Positions 19,636 to 27,411 of a stretch of DNA of 64,000 nucleotides are shown here, piece after piece. Origin of the DNA: an uncultured Oscillospiraceae bacterium. GTDB taxonomy: Bacteria > Bacillota > Clostridia > Oscillospirales > Oscillospiraceae. Position 1 is the stretch's first letter. Each line of letters opens with the position of its first letter. Under the pieces are notes generated by a model. It did not search any database and was not told where the DNA came from. It saw nothing but the letters and a program-made list of their open reading frames with translations. The stretch spans positions 11,814 through 75,813 of the forward strand of contig CATABD010000002.1 in NCBI GenBank assembly GCA_949494735.1, in the 5' to 3' direction. The translations under genes were made by a program, and so were the position numbers.

Positions 19636-19828
19636 CGTCTCCCCTACCCTTCACAGAACCTTCTGAATCAAAAAGACGGACAATACGCCTAACGAGAAGC
19701 CAAACGAACAGAATAGAAAGAGCAAAAGCCACGGGGGTAACGTTCGTACCCGGAAGATACCAACCATTAAAGAGCCGCCAAACAGCAGACAAAAGCCCGC
19801 CAAGCAGAGATAAAGCGTCAGCACTCAT
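19628..19828 (-). CDS. 66-aa membrane protein (putative virion protein)
   Basis: MSADALSLLGG...PGTNVTPVAFALSILFVWLLVRRIVR; AGGAGG RBS. Confidence 0.75.
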   Translation of the reverse strand: MSADALSLLGGLLSAVWRLFNGWYLPGTNVTPVAFALSILFVWLLVRRIVRLFDSEGSVKGRGDDG

Positions 19829-19836
19829 AAAACCTC

Positions 19837-19977
19837 CTACGCAAACGGGATGCAGTCCAGGATGAACGCCACGATCTTGAATACGATGATTACAACGATG
19901 AATGCCAGGACGGCCAGAATAAAAACCTGGAACCAAGCCGGGAAAAAGCCGAAGAGCATTTGCCAAATTTTAACCAT
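19837..19977 (-). CDS. 46-aa single-TM protein (putative coat protein; not in ORF track)
   Basis: MVKIWQMLFGFFPAWFQVFILAVLAFIVVIIVFKIVAFILDCIPFA; AGGTGA RBS. Confidence 0.75.
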   Translation of the reverse strand: MVKIWQMLFGFFPAWFQVFILAVLAFIVVIIVFKIVAFILDCIPFA

Positions 19978-19982
19978 AGAAA

Positions 19983-20126
19983 TCACCTGATACTGAGCAG
20001 GAGCTTGATAATCACCGACACGGCAAACAATCCCAGCATGAGATTGAACAGGGCAACAAAGGGGGACGGAAGCACGGATTGGATGGCCAGGAGCAGGTTA
20101 TAGGCATTTATCAGCGGTTCAACCAC
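19983..20126 (-). CDS. 47-aa single-TM protein (putative coat protein; not in ORF track)
   Basis: MVEPLINAYNLLLAIQSVLPSPFVALFNLMLGLFAVSVIIKLLLSIR; GTG start 3 nt after the upstream stop. Confidence 0.7.
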   Translation of the reverse strand: MVEPLINAYNLLLAIQSVLPSPFVALFNLMLGLFAVSVIIKLLLSIR

Positions 20127-20129
20127 AGC

Positions 20130-21404
20130 TTACCCACCCCCCAGCATAGAAAAGAACTCTTCCCTCTGAGCTCCATAGAAATCTACAACCTCTACCGTAG
20201 GGGAAGGCTCGGGAGCATCCCAGAGGGAGTAAGGCGTCATCTCCGAGGCAGAGCTTGGAGCGCCGTTAATAGCCTCAGAATTGCCAACAGTAAACCAGGA
20301 CCACACGGAAGAACCGGGATTGCCGATCTCATCAAAAACACTCCCCATATCAGCGCCAGTATCAAGCAGACTGCCAGCGCCGGAAGAAATACCGCCCAAG
20401 TCACCGATCTGCCCAGGTTTTACGCCGTTGCCGTCATCACCGAAAAAATTATCAAGTACCTCCTTCTTCTGATCTTCTGAAGCATCCTCCAAAGCATCAT
20501 CCACAGGATTGTACAAATTACGAAGGATGCCAGCGAGCAGCCCATTCACATTAAGCAAATTATAATAGATCATATTATAAGAACCACTAACAGTATACTC
20601 AGCAGTCTTTTCACCTGTAGTCACAGAATAATCACGAACAACATACGAAGTCTTACCATCAAACAAATTCTTTTGAAGCCCATCAAAACTTGAACGAAGG
20701 TATGTAATGCCATCAGTAGTTACCCAAAAACCAGACGAAAGGCTAGAAGCAATAGCAAAAAGAGGATCAGACGAAGAAGCTCCGCTGGGTTTCCAAGCAG
20801 AAACTTTAACGTATGGATACGAACCACCAGGAAAAACAGATGTAAAATGGGAATCCAGGACAGACACAGAAGAGCTCAGCCCGGTGTTAAGGTTACTCAC
20901 TTTAGTGCCCACGTCCTTCAACTGGGTGATCGTCTGGTAGAACCCATTGTACAGGCTCTGGGATATGGCATACAAAGAGCTTCCATTATAAGCAACACCA
21001 AGACTAGAGGTAGAAGCCAAATAAGGGAAAGTCGCCCAACCCCCGGTCAATTCACTCTTTAACTTAATGAAATTAGTATTAAAAGTATCAAAGGCAGTGC
21101 TATAGAGGGTGAAAGACCGCTGTAGATCATAAAGCCCCTTGCTCATCGTCACAAAGCCATTACGCAGACTTTGTGATACAGCCGTATAAAAATTATCGGA
21201 GGAGTACCCAGGCCTGCTGCTAGGCTCACTGCCCACAAAATAGGGGTAATTGCTCCCAGAGGGGTAAACGGGCGTGGTGGATGTAGCATAAGGGGAAATA
21301 CCACTGGAGAGGGAATCAAGAGCAGGAGACGAAGCAAAGGAGGGGACAACGCAAAGAGCCAGGAACAGGCACACGCCCGAAAGCACCGTCCAGAATCTTT
21401 TCAC
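20130..21404 (-). CDS. pIII-like (putative adsorption) protein with signal peptide and internal repeats
   Basis: Signal peptide, Ser/Gly-rich, three PY...SLxxGF repeats; largest structural-module ORF; AGGAGG RBS. Confidence 0.7.
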   Translation of the reverse strand: MKRFWTVLSGVCLFLALCVVPSFASSPALDSLSSGISPYATSTTPVYPSGSNYPYFVGSEPSSRPGYSSDNFYTAVSQSLRNGFVTMSKGLYDLQRSFTLYSTAFDTFNTNFIKLKSELTGGWATFPYLASTSSLGVAYNGSSLYAISQSLYNGFYQTITQLKDVGTKVSNLNTGLSSSVSVLDSHFTSVFPGGSYPYVKVSAWKPSGASSSDPLFAIASSLSSGFWVTTDGITYLRSSFDGLQKNLFDGKTSYVVRDYSVTTGEKTAEYTVSGSYNMIYYNLLNVNGLLAGILRNLYNPVDDALEDASEDQKKEVLDNFFGDDGNGVKPGQIGDLGGISSGAGSLLDTGADMGSVFDEIGNPGSSVWSWFTVGNSEAINGAPSSASEMTPYSLWDAPEPSPTVEVVDFYGAQREEFFSMLGGG

Positions 21405-21418
21405 GTTATCCCCTCCTA

Positions 21419-21495
21419 TGGGTGCGGGGACTGGATTCGAACCAGCAAACCCGGCCTCACTAAAGCCGTGCAGGAACCGTTCCTGCTACCCCGCA
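21419..21495 (-). tRNA. tRNA-like gene, 77 nt, anticodon AGT, encoded CCA, non-canonical identity
   Basis: TGCGGGG TA GCAG GAACGGTTC CTGC A CGGCT TTAGTGA GGCCG GGTTT GCTGG TTCGAAT CCAGT CCCCGCA C CCA; all four stems pair. Confidence 0.8.
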
Positions 21496-21637
21496 ATATG
21501 TATGTAAAGCAAACCCCCGTTACAGAAAGTGCCAGCCGCCGACGAAGGACAGGTGGAGCATGACGGCACGGGAAGCAACGGCGGGCCAGCGGTATTGTCA
21601 CGCTACCGCAATCCCAAAGGGCGGGATTGCTGACGCT

Positions 21638-21934
21638 CTAGCGTTGCTCTCCATGCCGGGAAGTGGTGCACAGGCGGCGGGGAAAGGGCACCCCCGCCAC
21701 GCGCATCAGGTCTTGGAGCTGGAGATTCAGCCGCACCTCACAGCCGTACAGGTATTCGGTACGGTTATACGCAATACGGAGCGCGGCAAGCTCCCCTTCC
21801 AGTTCCGACACCCTGGTACGCAGGGCCACCACCTCATCGGACGGCGTGACCTCCACCGAAACCTTTAGGGGAGCGCCCTCCCCTCCCGTGAGACAGGAGA
21901 GGAGGGCAGAAGAAAGCGGACACCCCACGCTCAC
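21638..21934 (-). CDS. Hypothetical phage protein with short coiled coil
   Basis: GTGA start/stop overlap with the upstream gene; ALRTRVSELEGELAALR heptads. Confidence 0.65.
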   Translation of the reverse strand: MSVGCPLSSALLSCLTGGEGAPLKVSVEVTPSDEVVALRTRVSELEGELAALRIAYNRTEYLYGCEVRLNLQLQDLMRVAGVPFPRRLCTTSRHGEQR

Positions 21935-22216
21935 TTGACGGGAACGGGGACGACCTCAACCAACCCCAGCTTGCAATACGACTTGCCGGACTGCTTGTCA
22001 GTCGTAGTGCGCACGGAGAAAGTTGTCTGACAGGGAGCGCCGAAGGAGAGGGACGGAAGCACAGAAGATACAGCCGTCCTGGAATCCATCACGTTAACGG
22101 AAACCGTGTTCTGATCCTCGGCATCAAAGAAAGAAACCGTATGCATCACCGAATTGTCACGGGCAAACGTCATAGAGCTATAAGCCCAGGTACACCATTT
22201 TCTTTACAAACTGCAC
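21931..22216 (-). pseudogene. Putative pV-like ssDNA-binding protein with +1 frameshift near 22182
   Basis: AGGAG RBS and GTG at 22216; removing one T from GGCTTATAGC joins MQFVKKMVYLGYSS to MTFARD..., giving a 94-aa beta-rich protein. Confidence 0.6.
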
Positions 22217-22232
22217 GTTTCAAAACTCCTTT

Positions 22233-22430
22233 TCAATAATCGTCATCCAAAATAGACCACTCAGAAAGATCAAACTGCCAAAGGGGGTACGCTTCCCCAG
22301 CGTTGCAGGACAAACCTAAATCCTTATCGCCAAAAGCCGAGATCGTTTCGCACACTTCCCACTTCTCATCGTCATCAGACACCAGAACCATACCAGCCTT
22401 GATGAGCCGCCCGTGTTTGTCGTAGTACAT
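22233..22430 (-). CDS. Small acidic hypothetical phage protein
   Basis: AAGGAG RBS; first gene after the leftward promoter. Confidence 0.75.
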   Translation of the reverse strand: MYYDKHGRLIKAGMVLVSDDDEKWEVCETISAFGDKDLGLSCNAGEAYPLWQFDLSEWSILDDDY

Positions 22431-22468
22431 TGTTTTTTCTCCTTTCTTCTTTTGAGCTCCCCGTTATA

Positions 22469-22541
22469 GCTAATAGATATACTAGCTAGCGAATAAAATA
22501 TACCATACATACACTATAATGTCAATAGTAAATTTATTAGC
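22469..22541. promoter_or_regulatory. Divergent promoter/operator switch
   Basis: Leftward TTGACA-17-TATATT (22525-22497); TATAAT at 22515 on plus; two inverted 16-bp boxes GCTAATARATWTACTA at 22469 and 22526. Confidence 0.75.
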
Positions 22542-22553
22542 AAGGAGGGCAAT

Positions 22554-22772
22554 ATGGATATCATACAAAGGATAATTGACACTCGCACAGATCACGATGA
22601 AACTCAACGCCAATTAGCAAAAGCGTTAGGAGTACATCATATACAATGGGCAAACTATGAGAGACGAAAAAACGAAATACCTACACGATATATAATAGCC
22701 TTTTGTCAACATTACGGGGTATCAGCCGACTATATCCTAGGTCTCCCCCGCGGGCTTGACTGGCCCCGGTGA
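22554..22772 (+). CDS. XRE-family HTH repressor
   Basis: ETQRQLAKALG...NYER...YGVSADYILG. Confidence 0.9.
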   Translation: MDIIQRIIDTRTDHDETQRQLAKALGVHHIQWANYERRKNEIPTRYIIAFCQHYGVSADYILGLPRGLDWPR

Positions 22773-22816
22773 GTATGGTATGATTCCTTCATCAACTATT
22801 TTTGGAGGGCATAAGT

Positions 22817-23068
22817 ATGACAGATCAGGAACTACTTCAAGCAATTCGGGCCATTGTAAAAGAAGAGGCACACCCAGTACGCCTTTTACTAGAAAATGAG
22901 ATACAGCCTGCCATCCAGAAACTATCGGAAGGCCATAACATGATCCTGGAACGCATTGATGACAAGATTGAGCGCCGTACGGAGCAGCTCCAAGATCAGC
23001 TGGATGTACATCAGGCCGCTATCATGCGGATCAACCGAGAGATACAGGAACTAAACAAGGCTCAGTAA
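22817..23068 (+). CDS. Small coiled-coil accessory protein with own promoter and terminator
   Basis: GGAGG RBS; TTGACT-17-TATGAT at 22756-22784; hairpin at 23069. Confidence 0.75.
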   Translation: MTDQELLQAIRAIVKEEAHPVRLLLENEIQPAIQKLSEGHNMILERIDDKIERRTEQLQDQLDVHQAAIMRINREIQELNKAQ

Positions 23069-23194
23069 AAAAGCAGGGGATAACCTCCCCTGCTTTTGCG
23101 TATCAGCGATAGACCGACCAGGACAAACTACAGCGATAGACCGTCCAGGACAACAAAAAAAGCAGGGGAAGCACTCCCCTGCTTTTGCGTATCA
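23069..23194. repeat. Two terminator-like hairpins flanking two 23-bp direct repeats
   Basis: AAAAGCAGGGGA-N5-TCCCCTGCTTTTGCGTATCA at 23069 and 23158; CAGCGATAGACCGWCCAGGACAA at 23104 and 23131. Confidence 0.9.
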
Positions 23195-23197
23195 AAG

Positions 23198-23225
23198 AAT
23201 TAAGATACTCTTTATTTTGTTGAGT
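23198..23225. other. dif-like site 2 (junction between tandem phage copies)
   Basis: AATTAAGATAC-TCTTTA-TTTTGTTGAGT; same spacer and right arm as site 1. Confidence 0.7.
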
Positions 23226-23405
23226 TGAATGTGCCGACCGATACCCCCCTTATTCTTCAGCAATAATGAAACGGCCATATTCCCCGGCGTCGATCTCTTT
23301 CGTGTACCGGGCCGTAGCCCAGACATCCCACAGAAAAGAATCACCCGGCATATCTACATAATCCACCGTGGGCTTGGCCAAGCTCCGGGACGCCCAGTAG
23401 CATTT
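23209..23405. repeat. 197-bp direct repeat, copy 2 (remnant of a second phage copy, rep 3' fragment)
   Basis: Encodes KCYWASRSLAKP...FIIAEE identical to the Rep C-terminus. Confidence 0.95.
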
Positions 23406-23503
23406 GACGTGCACTAGCTGGACTGCGATCATGCACATCCACTTGGAGATGGGCATACAGAAAAAGCACAATAACGGGAAAAAGGATAAACTCCCCTGCC
23501 CAT

Positions 23504-23531
23504 TGGCATACTAAACTTAATTATATTGAGC
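23504..23531. other. dif-like site 3 (degenerate)
   Basis: TGGCATACTAA-ACTTAA-TTATATTGAGC, preceded by a decayed copy of the phage-end hairpin (GGATAAACTCCCCTGC). Confidence 0.45.
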
Positions 23532-23611
23532 CAGGTGTGCTGACCTGCATCTCTTTCCAAACTATCCATATAATACAAGCCTCGCTAAAATCAACACTTT
23601 AGGTGAACACC

Positions 23612-23791
23612 ATGAGTCTTATCCCGTGCACACAGAACTGTAAATTTCAAGACGATGGCCTATGCACATTAGACCAGGCCCGAGCTGTTGACCAGGCTGT
23701 TCCCAACGACGTCTGTCTCAACTTTACGCCCAAACTGTCAAATCAGCACAGCAATAGCCTCTCGAATGTTGCTAACCCGGATCAGGGTTAG
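23612..23791 (+). CDS. Small Cys-rich hypothetical protein
   Basis: MSLIPCTQNCKFQDDGLCTL...C; AGGTGA RBS. Confidence 0.65.
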   Translation: MSLIPCTQNCKFQDDGLCTLDQARAVDQAVPNDVCLNFTPKLSNQHSNSLSNVANPDQG

Positions 23792-25102
23792 CCCGGCTGG
23801 CGCAATTATTTTTCCAGTGCTTCTGGCGGGCACCAAGCACTTGGTAAAGCCAAGCCGCCGAACTTCACTGATCCGTTGGTTGACAGCGCTTACCGAACGC
23901 AGTTCTCCGGTGAGCCCCACCTCTCCAATTGCCGCTAAGTCAAAAGGCACAGGCTTGTCCCGGAAGCTGGAGGCCAACGCTGTAATTAGAGCTAAGTCGG
24001 CAGCCGGCTCGTTCAGTGTCAAGCCACCAATGACATTAACATAAAAATCACAATTGGATAAAGCCAATCCGCCCCGCTTTTCCAACACAGCCAGCATCAT
24101 CATGGCCCGGTTATAATCGAAACCATTGCTGGTACGCCGGGAGTTGCCATAGGCCGAAGGTGAAAGCAGCGCCTGCACCTCCGCCAGCACTGGCCTTACC
24201 CCCTCCATCACACAGGTGACACAGGAACCCGGCATATTTTCTGGCCTTCCAGACAGCATAGCCTCCGACGGATTCGGCACTTCTATCAGCCCTTGATCTC
24301 CCATTTCAAACACACCAATCTCATTGGTAGCTCCAAAACGGTTCTTGGCCGCCCGCAGAATCCGATAGGAATTGTGTTCCTCTCCCTCAAAATGAAGCAC
24401 ACAGTCTACCATATGTTCCAGCACCTTGGGACCAGCCAGGGAACCTTCCTTATTGATATGTCCAACCACAAATACCGTAACCCCCAGGCCTTTTGCCACA
24501 TGCATCAGCGCCATAGTGCACTCCTTTACCTGGGCCACGCTGCCCGGCGAGGAATTAGAATCCCCATTGTAGATTGTCTGAATGGAGTCAACGATAAGAA
24601 TATCCGGCTTTTTTTCCTGAACCGCTGCCACAATGTCATCTAAATTGGTCTCTGAATAAAGGTAGAGCCCCTCCTCTCGAATGGCCAACCGTTGGGCCCG
24701 TAATTTAATTTGACGCTCTGATTCCTCACCTGATACATACAATACACTGGAAAACCGACACAAATTATCGCAGATCTGTAGCATCAGAGTAGATTTTCCG
24801 ATGCCCGGCGCGCCACCCACCAACACCAGTGAACCCTTTACTGCACCGCCGCCCAGTACCCGATCCAACTCATTCATGCCGGTATGAAAGCGCAACTCGT
24901 CTACTGCCTCTACCTCAGCCATGAGCCTGGGATGCCGCATGTCCACTCCCACAGGGGCAGGTAGGCCTGCTTTTTTCTTTGAATCCTTGTCAGGCTGCTC
25001 CACAATGGTATTCCATGCCCCACAGGCAGGGCATCTCCCCTGCCATTTTAATGTTTCATTTCCGCATTCCGTACAATAGAATGCGGCCTTAGCCCTAGCC
25101 AT
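23738..25102 (-). CDS. radA: DNA repair protein RadA/Sms
   Basis: CTECG...CPACGAWN, GAPGIGKST, KNRFG. Confidence 0.97.
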   Translation of the reverse strand: MARAKAAFYCTECGNETLKWQGRCPACGAWNTIVEQPDKDSKKKAGLPAPVGVDMRHPRLMAEVEAVDELRFHTGMNELDRVLGGGAVKGSLVLVGGAPGIGKSTLMLQICDNLCRFSSVLYVSGEESERQIKLRAQRLAIREEGLYLYSETNLDDIVAAVQEKKPDILIVDSIQTIYNGDSNSSPGSVAQVKECTMALMHVAKGLGVTVFVVGHINKEGSLAGPKVLEHMVDCVLHFEGEEHNSYRILRAAKNRFGATNEIGVFEMGDQGLIEVPNPSEAMLSGRPENMPGSCVTCVMEGVRPVLAEVQALLSPSAYGNSRRTSNGFDYNRAMMMLAVLEKRGGLALSNCDFYVNVIGGLTLNEPAADLALITALASSFRDKPVPFDLAAIGEVGLTGELRSVSAVNQRISEVRRLGFTKCLVPARSTGKIIAPAGLTLIRVSNIREAIAVLI

Positions 25103-25128
25103 ATCATTCTCCTCCTCTAATGCCGGCA

Positions 25129-25821
25129 TCATTCGAATTGGGCATAATACGCCCCTGCCAATGCTACCGCCACCTTTTTTTGATAGGCAGCTGTGGAAAG
25201 CAGAGCTGCCTCCTCCCCATTGCTGAGAAAACCGCACTCTATCAGGATAGCCGGACAGCTGATGTGGTCAAACAAATAAATACCTTCCGGCATACGCTTG
25301 GCCTTTCGCCCATTGTCCGGTGCCAACACCTGTCGGAATACCTCCTGGGCACGCTCTCCCCACAGGCGGTTTGGATCTCCGCGGTTGTAAAAAATCTGGG
25401 ATCCGCTATATCGTGAATCTGTAAAGTGATTTTGGTGTACACTAATAAGGAGCGCGTTTGGAATACTCTCCACCAGCGCAACCCGGTTTTTCAAATCGGA
25501 TACTTTTTTCTGCCGAATTGTCTCTGCCCCATTGTTGTGCAGGGATACGTCCTTGTCCCGGGTGAGCCGGGGCTCCTCCCCTAAAAATACCATTAACGCC
25601 CGCGCTTTGAGCACAATGGCCAAATTGATATCGCTCTCCCTCTCCCCTGCCGCCGTACTGGCTCCGCCATCCTCTCCGCCGTGTCCGGCATCCAGAATCA
25701 GCGTTGGTTTTTTGTCCAGCCCCACAGCAGCAGATACCGGTTCCGCCCTTTGATCTCCCAGCCAGTTTATCCCAATCAGCACGCATAGGCATGCCGCCAA
25801 CAATAAAATGTCACGCTTCAT
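25129..25821 (-). CDS. N-acetylmuramoyl-L-alanine amidase (CwlD-like)
   Basis: LDAGHGGEDGGA, SVHQN, IECGFLSN; N-terminal TM. Confidence 0.9.
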   Translation of the reverse strand: MKRDILLLAACLCVLIGINWLGDQRAEPVSAAVGLDKKPTLILDAGHGGEDGGASTAAGERESDINLAIVLKARALMVFLGEEPRLTRDKDVSLHNNGAETIRQKKVSDLKNRVALVESIPNALLISVHQNHFTDSRYSGSQIFYNRGDPNRLWGERAQEVFRQVLAPDNGRKAKRMPEGIYLFDHISCPAILIECGFLSNGEEAALLSTAAYQKKVAVALAGAYYAQFE

Positions 25822-25875
25822 CAGCCAGTCCCCCTTCCTTCCACCATATGAAGGCAGGGCCCGCTTCATGCCGGA

Positions 25876-27345
25876 CTACAGATAAGAAAACACCTCCGAA
25901 TGCCGTTGGGATACCGACACAGCTACCTGGGGAAACCGCTGGACCAGCCAGCTTTGAAGTACGGGGCAGATCACGTTTTCCGTGGGGAAATGGCCCGCAT
26001 CCACCAGGTTGAGCCCTAGCGCCCGCGCCTCTAAAAAATGATGATACTTCACATCGGAGGTGACAAAAGTATCGCAACCCTGGGCAAGCGCATCTGCCAT
26101 GAACTCAGCGCAGGCGCCGCCTCCTACCGCTACCATATGGACAGCCTTTCCGCCGTCTACCAGCCGGATGCCGTTGGCTCCCAAAAGCCGCTTTACTGCT
26201 ATGGCAAAATCATACAGGGACTGCTCCGGCAACAGGCCAACCCGGCCGATGCCATAGGCCCTGCCCTGCCCGTCAATCCCGGCCTGCCGCAGCTGGCCGA
26301 TATCAGTCAGGCCCAGCCGCATCGCCAGCGCATCATTGACACCGCCCTCCACCGCATCCAGATTGGTGTGGGCGCAAATGGCTGCGATCCGGTTTTCAGC
26401 AAGGGACAATAGAATGCGCCCTGTGACGGTCTGGTCAGTCACCGATTTCACGCTGCCGAAAACCACCGGATGATGGGATACAATCAGTTGGGCTCCCTGT
26501 TCTGCCGCCTCCTGAACTACTTCTTCTGTAATATCCAAAGACACAAGGATTTTGCTGACCGAGGTTCTCTCCCTGCCCACTAAAAAACCAGCGTTGTCAA
26601 AGCCTTCTTGGAGTTCAAATGGGGCCTTATCCTGCAAAAACGCCAACACCTCGCCTACATTCGTCATTGAAATCAGCTCCTTCTTCATCTCACGCAATCC
26701 AAGCAGCACTTTCTCAAGGTCTGTAATGGCCGCTCGATTTAACTCCCGTGCTGCCAACTGCCCGGCAAGGGCTTTTTGAACCTTCCCTTCCACCATGGAT
26801 AAAAAATCTATCCGATTGGGACTTGGTCTGTTCACCCCTGCCCACAGTTCCGCTGGGGATAGCGGCGCCATTGTCCCACCCCTGACAGCCCAAATACTAT
26901 AAAGTCTTTTCCCTTCACGCACTATCCTCTCTTCCAGAATCACATAGCCGTGACGTTGGAGCCAGTGCCGGAGCTGCGGCATTCCCGTCATGGGCTGCAG
27001 AAGCAGCAGCTTGTCCTGTCGCGTCCAGGGCGCGGCCTCTAAGATTGCGGAGATCGTCTCCCCTCCCATCCCTGCGATGATTACCGTATCAGCCTCGTAT
27101 GAGGCGATGCCCGTCAGCCCGTCACACAGGCGAAAGGAAATTTTTCCCTCCTGCCCATGTTGCCTGGCAGTTTCCCGTGCACGGCCTAGCGGCCCCTCCC
27201 GCAGATCAGCAGCCACGGCCTTACCAATCCGTCCATGCAGCAACAGCCAGACCGGCAGATAACCATGATCCGTCCCCACGTCGGCCAGTTTGGCGCCCAG
27301 CGGCACCTGCATCGCAATGGCATGAAGCCTCGGCGTCAATTCCAT
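25876..27345 (-). CDS. TrmK tRNA m1A22 methyltransferase fused in frame to a Nif3/YqfO-like protein
   Basis: DVGTDHGYLP and IAGMGG, then DNAG, SHHP, HTNLD, DAGHFPTE. Confidence 0.9.
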   Translation of the reverse strand: MELTPRLHAIAMQVPLGAKLADVGTDHGYLPVWLLLHGRIGKAVAADLREGPLGRARETARQHGQEGKISFRLCDGLTGIASYEADTVIIAGMGGETISAILEAAPWTRQDKLLLLQPMTGMPQLRHWLQRHGYVILEERIVREGKRLYSIWAVRGGTMAPLSPAELWAGVNRPSPNRIDFLSMVEGKVQKALAGQLAARELNRAAITDLEKVLLGLREMKKELISMTNVGEVLAFLQDKAPFELQEGFDNAGFLVGRERTSVSKILVSLDITEEVVQEAAEQGAQLIVSHHPVVFGSVKSVTDQTVTGRILLSLAENRIAAICAHTNLDAVEGGVNDALAMRLGLTDIGQLRQAGIDGQGRAYGIGRVGLLPEQSLYDFAIAVKRLLGANGIRLVDGGKAVHMVAVGGGACAEFMADALAQGCDTFVTSDVKYHHFLEARALGLNLVDAGHFPTENVICPVLQSWLVQRFPQVAVSVSQRHSEVFSYL

Positions 27346-27371
27346 ATCTTCTCCCCTGTTCTCTGGAGATA

Positions 27372-27403
27372 AAGGAAAAGAGCGGAACCCCGCTCTTTTC
27401 CTT
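27372..27403. terminator. Intrinsic terminator
   Basis: AAGGAAAAGAGCGG-AACC-CCGCTCTTTTCCTT. Confidence 0.8.
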
Positions 27404-27411
27404 TGCTTTTG

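Larger units (their letters stand above)
17634..23208. mobile_element. Inovirus-like (filamentous phage) prophage, 5575-bp unit, defective
   Basis: HUH Rep, Zot/pI-like ATPase fragment, run of small single-TM ORFs, pIII-like protein, pV-like protein, XRE repressor, no integrase, dif-like junctions. Confidence 0.88.

Noticed and set aside
21455-21463. Reading the prophage tRNA as tRNA-His(GTG) or an amber/ochre suppressor
   Set aside because: The stem register places U33 before AGT; other registers break the anticodon stem, and G-1 is absent.
23069-23194. Possible mini-CRISPR array
   Set aside because: Only two copies of each repeat, no unique spacers and no cas genes.
17634-23405. 197-bp repeats as IS ends, LTRs or a DGR template/variable pair
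   Set aside because: No transposase or reverse transcriptase; the repeat is the phage's first 197 bp and the Rep peptide is unchanged.
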